DNA of 45,288 nucleotides from Macrostomum lignano (Eukaryota): NCBI GenBank assembly GCA_002269645.1, contig NIVC01004454.1, positions 1 to 45,288 of the forward strand, read 5' to 3'. Shown piece by piece: positions 41,019 to 45,288 of this stretch (position 1 is its first letter; each line of letters starts with the position of its first letter). The notes under the pieces were generated by a model. It saw only the letters and a program-made list of their open reading frames with translations, ran no database searches and was not told where the DNA came from. The position numbers and the translations under genes were made by a program.

Positions 41019-41444
41019 GAGGTGCGATAGCAGCCCGTGCAGAGGAGGTGAATTGCCGCACGTGTCGGTGGACAAGCGTCTTGGGCGCTGCAGACTCGTG
41101 CCGCAGGTGGTCCCATATGATGAGCGGCTCTCACACAGCCTGCACGGGGTAAGAGATGTTTTTCGATTATACAATATTCTGCACAAACAATTTGTCCATT
41201 GTGTGTCTCGAATGGCTTAGAGGCAGAATGGTTACAGCAGCGCTTCTATTTCTGTTTGACTCAGAGAGCGCGGCGCGGCACAGGCGGACTGCTTCATAGC
41301 TTTTAGCCGTCATAAACAGTTGCCATTTGAATGAAAATAATGGAAACTTTACCCTTCATCGGTCCTGTCTGCGCTGGAAAACTTGTAAACAACTGCCTGC
41401 TAGGCATAGCTGCTGGATGCTACGAGTAATAATTCAATAATTAT

Positions 41445-41716
41445 TAATAATAGTAATTGATTACACCTGCCCTAATGACCAGATATGCAACCGACAGCTC
41501 AGCCAAAACACATGAAGGCTGCCTCCGGGACTGGGGGGTCGCCACACACACACCCTGAATTACCCCAGCTAATGCTGGCACCCATTTTACAGCTGGGTGA
41601 ACTGAAGCAATGCACAGAGCTACATGTAAATGTCTTGCTCAAAGACAAAAATTGTTCCGAGTGGGTCGAGAATCGAACCCCCGACTTTCCAGTCCGATGC
41701 TCTAACCACTAGACTA
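41445..41716 (-). mobile_element. Diverged tRNA-derived SINE, copy 5
   Basis: Aligns with the other copies, with internal deletions. Confidence 0.87.
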
Positions 41717-42998
41717 GCTATTGAGCTTTGGGCACTCAAAGGCATCCGGTGATCACACGCGGGCACACAATAACGCAGGGTGTACAGCGCCCCCAGCTTT
41801 CTTATCAAACATGCATGTACATGTACACTCTCCATGCCTTAGGGTTGGCCCTTGTATAGGCAGTAATCACGGGACAAGCCCGAATTATTGATTTTGCGGA
41901 ATTGAACACGGACCCGTTATCGCTGAGCTTTTCTTTCTAAAGTATAATAAACTCCAATATAATATTCAATTTAAATTATAGCAAAGTTGAATTGCACCAA
42001 CAGTGTTTTAAATACATTCGATTTTAAATTGTCAATTTGATTTGATATTATTTCACAAAGAGAGATACAAAAATGAAATTATAGAAAAATTTATAAAAAC
42101 CATGATATAAGCTACACGCATGAGGCTTAATTCATGTTGGCTTCATAAATAGGTTTAAATAATCTGTTTTGCGTGAAAAATATTTTACTGGCTTTTGTAT
42201 TTATTTTTATTATTAATTAGGTGTTCATTAGTTCAAAGTAACACAATAATATCATAAATGATTCATAACAATCAACACAACAACAATAATAATAATAATA
42301 ATAATAATAATATCAATATTATTACTATATTTACTATTATTATAGTAATAATAATTTAAACAAACGCAGCATGATGATGAAGTGACAACTAATGATCCAT
42401 TGGTCATTATATTTATAGGTCAATATAACAACCATAAAGAAGCGAAACTATTTCTCAAAAAATGAACGCTTTATTAATGCGTGAATACTCACAAGTAACT
42501 AGCCTTTAGGAGAGACTCTTGCATAGGAAATCTGCTGCGGCTGTCTATTCTAAAAATCATAATGCTTGCAGTAACTTGTAAAAACGCATCTACTTTTGAA
42601 GTTCTAAGATTTTTAATAGTCGTCCAGCCATGGTTAAATAATTGCAGGGCTGCTGGGCCAGGGGTCGCATTCTGTAGCTGTCTGTAAGCCTAAGAGCCTA
42701 TTCAATTTTACATCATTGAGTTCTGCTTCATTCTGCAGTGCACTATGGATGCAGACTTAAATGAATAGAGAAGAATTTTTATTATGGAGAATATAGAGAT
42801 TTTTATATATAGAAGGAGAGAAGACCGAGCAGTCGCTGTTTTGCTACTAAACGCTGCTGGCGCTGTTCTCAGTCAGAGTTCGTGATCTAGTTAACTGGGC
42901 CTCGATGGAATTCAAGAAAATATTTAATCAAAGTTTGAGTACTAGCATTTTATAATAACGCATGTAAATGGCCTCTATGACGTTTACGGCCGCAGAAT

Positions 42999-43002
42999 CA
43001 AC

Positions 43003-43067
<65 letters not shown>

Positions 43068-43420
43068 AACAACAACAAAAAAAAACAACAACAACAAAAA
43101 ACAAAAACAACAACAACAACGACAACAAGGGGGCAGAAGCAACTACAACTGAAAATTATTATAAAAAAACAGCGACAACAAAAACGAAAGCAAGAACAAC
43201 TTAAACTGCTGCAACAATCCTAATTCAACGACAACAACACAAAAAACAATAACAACAACAAAGTCAACAAAAACAACAACGAAAACAATAGCAACAACGA
43301 CAAAACAATATCAAAAAAGCAAAAGCAACGGCAACAAAAACAACAATAATGAAAATAGCAACGAAAAAACAACAACAAAAGACAGACAGTAAGAAACACA
43401 ATAACAACAACAACAAAATA
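42999..43420 (+). repeat. (AAC)n microsatellite decaying into an A/C-rich tract
   Basis: Read directly. It produces the poly-T and poly-V ORFs in the track. Confidence 0.95.
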
Positions 43421-43442
43421 CGCTGTCAAAGTCTTAAGAAAA

Positions 43443-44072
43443 ACCGCGAGCAGGCTTACAGCCAGGGCACGACTCTGGGTCAGACCGAACTCGGGGCTCC
43501 GGCGTTAGCCTGCCAAAAAAGTCGGGCGCCGCCTGTCTCTCCCCCCTCCCACGGTCGTCAGTGGCAGCACCATGCAGAAAAGGGTGTATCCGTACGATGT
43601 GACGACCTTCTGTGTTATACCGGTACCGATATTTCCCGAGAAAGTAGTAAACTACTAAAGTACTTTACAAGCCTCCGTAAGTCCCTGTTTGCACTCAACC
43701 GCAGGGACATCAGGGCGGTGACCACGTCCCTCTCGGATCATGGCTGTTTTGCCAGGCATCGCCACCTCCAGGGAAAGATCCGTAGTGAGGAATGCCCATT
43801 CTGCCTCTCTTACTCAGTCAGGACAGGCTCACCTACCTCGGCCCAAACCCGGACCTCTCCGACGTTTTCAGGCCGAGAATCTCTGCCAGCTCGTTCGCTA
43901 TCCAAGGGCTACCGGGAGGGGGACCGCGCTGCGGACACCGGCACCACCGGGTCTCCCTGCGCGACACCACAGCTCCAGCTGCCCATGGTCACCAGGGGGT
44001 TAGCGGAATTGGTGTCTACGCCTCCCCTCTGTATCCGGATGCCCGGAGCCCCCTGCAGCTGAAGTCAAGTAA
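43443..44072 (+). mobile_element. 3' part of a LOA/Lian-like LINE (post-RNase H region, broken Zn knuckle, 3' UTR and tail)
   Basis: LFALNRRDIRAVTTSLSDHGCFARHRHLQGKIRSEECPFC matches the L.R.D.R....L.GH..L..H....G....C..C motif. Tail GAAGTCAAGTAAGTCAAGAAGT. Homologous to 10080-10324 and to the peptide at ~7190-7240. Confidence 0.82.
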
Positions 44073-44539
44073 GTCAAGAAGTACCTTACAAGAGTTTTTA
44101 ATAACTTTGCGCGTTTTGCAGGTGCACGGCTGCAACTAACTGATATAAGCTTACTTAAATGATTTCTCCGAAAGCACGAACTTTACGAGTAGTGCGCTTT
44201 TGTTAAAATGAACCGATCTAGCATTTCCTGGAAATGCGACTGTCGCGTCTTTCCACTCAAGTCGTAGTTGAGTTTTACTTTTACAGTAAATGTAGTATAG
44301 TAGCACACAATAATATTGTAAAAGTCCACATTGTTAATTTTGATCGGAAATTCTCCAGTTCAGCTTTAGTTTACTAGCTGTTCGTCGATTTACTTTGAAA
44401 ACAATTATTAGTTGTGTTATTATATGGCAAGACGTCAGTCCTATCATGTCATTTGAATCTATAAAAGCCTAAGATAGTCACTCTCTCTAATTGTCATAGC
44501 ATTAGCAAAGTTATTTCAGCGAATCATCCATCACTGGCT

Positions 44540-45052
44540 TTATTCGCAAGGCTTGGTGGGATCCGACTTGTCAACGGAGTACCGCTTGCAGTCGGGGCCC
44601 AGCACCATGTTGCACTTCATGCTCATGGCCAGCGGGGCGCCAAGGCAGCGGCTATGTCCACCGCTGGATGTGCAGGTCGCGCAGCTGCCAGCCATGGTGT
44701 AGCTGGATGGGTTGCCGCCCTTCAGCACGCGGACGCAGCCGCCCTTGACGGAGATGTTCTCGGTCTCCTGGCGGATGTGCTTGCCGCCCAGGGTCTTGGT
44801 TTCGGTCCTCGGATCCGGCGAGCACCCGGCCTTCTCCTCCTCATCAACATAGTCGTCAGCGTCTTCAAGGCCGTCAGCATCGTCGTAGTCGTCGTCGGCT
44901 TCGTCAGCTTCGTCGGCCTGGTCGACATCATCGTAGGACTCGGCCTGGTTCTCGGCGAAGTCGTTGTCGTTTTCGAAGTCGGCATCTTCAGCGCGCACCG
45001 TCACCGCCAGGAGAGCGAAAGCGAGGGCGAGGGCCAGCAGGGCGAAACGCAT
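44540..45052 (-). CDS. Secreted cysteine-rich protein, paralog 2 (170 aa)
   Basis: Signal peptide MRFALLALALAFALLAVTVRA, a longer acidic spacer and the same 8-Cys domain. AATAAA overlaps the stop codon. Confidence 0.92.
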   Translation of the reverse strand: MRFALLALALAFALLAVTVRAEDADFENDNDFAENQAESYDDVDQADEADEADDDYDDADGLEDADDYVDEEEKAGCSPDPRTETKTLGGKHIRQETENISVKGGCVRVLKGGNPSSYTMAGSCATCTSSGGHSRCLGAPLAMSMKCNMVLGPDCKRYSVDKSDPTKPCE

Positions 45053-45141
45053 GGCTAATTTTGTAGTGGTTTTTTGAGAACTGCTCAGAAACGGCTGCCT
45101 TAGAGGTGCTCATGGCTCGGCTGCTGGCTGGCTTGAGCGCA

Positions 45142-45147
45142 TTTATA
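45142..45147 (-). promoter_or_regulatory. TATA box of paralog 2
   Basis: CTATAAAT on the minus strand about 90 bp upstream of the ATG. Confidence 0.65.
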
Positions 45148-45288
45148 GACACCAGTGAGCTGGGGTTTGGCCCTCACCGCTCAGGCCTGGCTCGTATAGC
45201 CTATTCATGCCCAGAGCGCTGCGTGACACGTGCGGCACTCCCAGACTCCAAGGCACTCCACAATTGCCCTGTTGCTCTTTCTCTCGGC

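Noticed and set aside
40931-41134. 68-aa N-terminal extension of secreted paralog 1
   Set aside because: It starts at GTG, contains the TATA-like box, and the paralog starts at the equivalent MRFALL.
42928-43429. Poly-Thr and poly-Val ORFs as mucin or membrane proteins
   Set aside because: They are translations of the (AAC)n tract.

Overview
Eukaryotic (metazoan) genomic DNA with GT-AG introns, GC-rich exons, AT-rich spacers, SINEs, LINE remnants and many minisatellites. The style resembles a free-living flatworm such as Macrostomum, but this is a guess and cannot be shown from the sequence. Main contents: (1) a near-intact 4.4-kb tyrosine-recombinase retrotransposon of the Ngaro/PAT type (12349-16757, minus) with split direct repeats A1-gag-RT/RH-YR-B1-A2-B2; (2) a hillarin/KY-like pseudo-transglutaminase gene with a very long low-complexity N-terminus (26206-33229, minus); (3) a multi-exon coiled-coil gene (18527-24559, plus); (4) a small 3-exon orphan gene, a small single-TM ORF and tRNA-Cys(GCA); (5) two tandem intronless paralogs encoding secreted proteins with an acidic spacer and an unrecognised 8-Cys domain. 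The best new lead is how the retrotransposon may express its ORFs. The YR ORF has no ATG but is preceded by a strong 3' splice site, and a strong in-phase donor lies in gag directly after a SAP-like motif and coiled coil, predicting a 453-aa SAP-coil-YR fusion. Gag also ends in a canonical A AAA AAC -1 slippery site leading into pol. Seven frameshifts in three genes are all single missing bases, which suggests deletion-biased sequencing error rather than pseudogenes.
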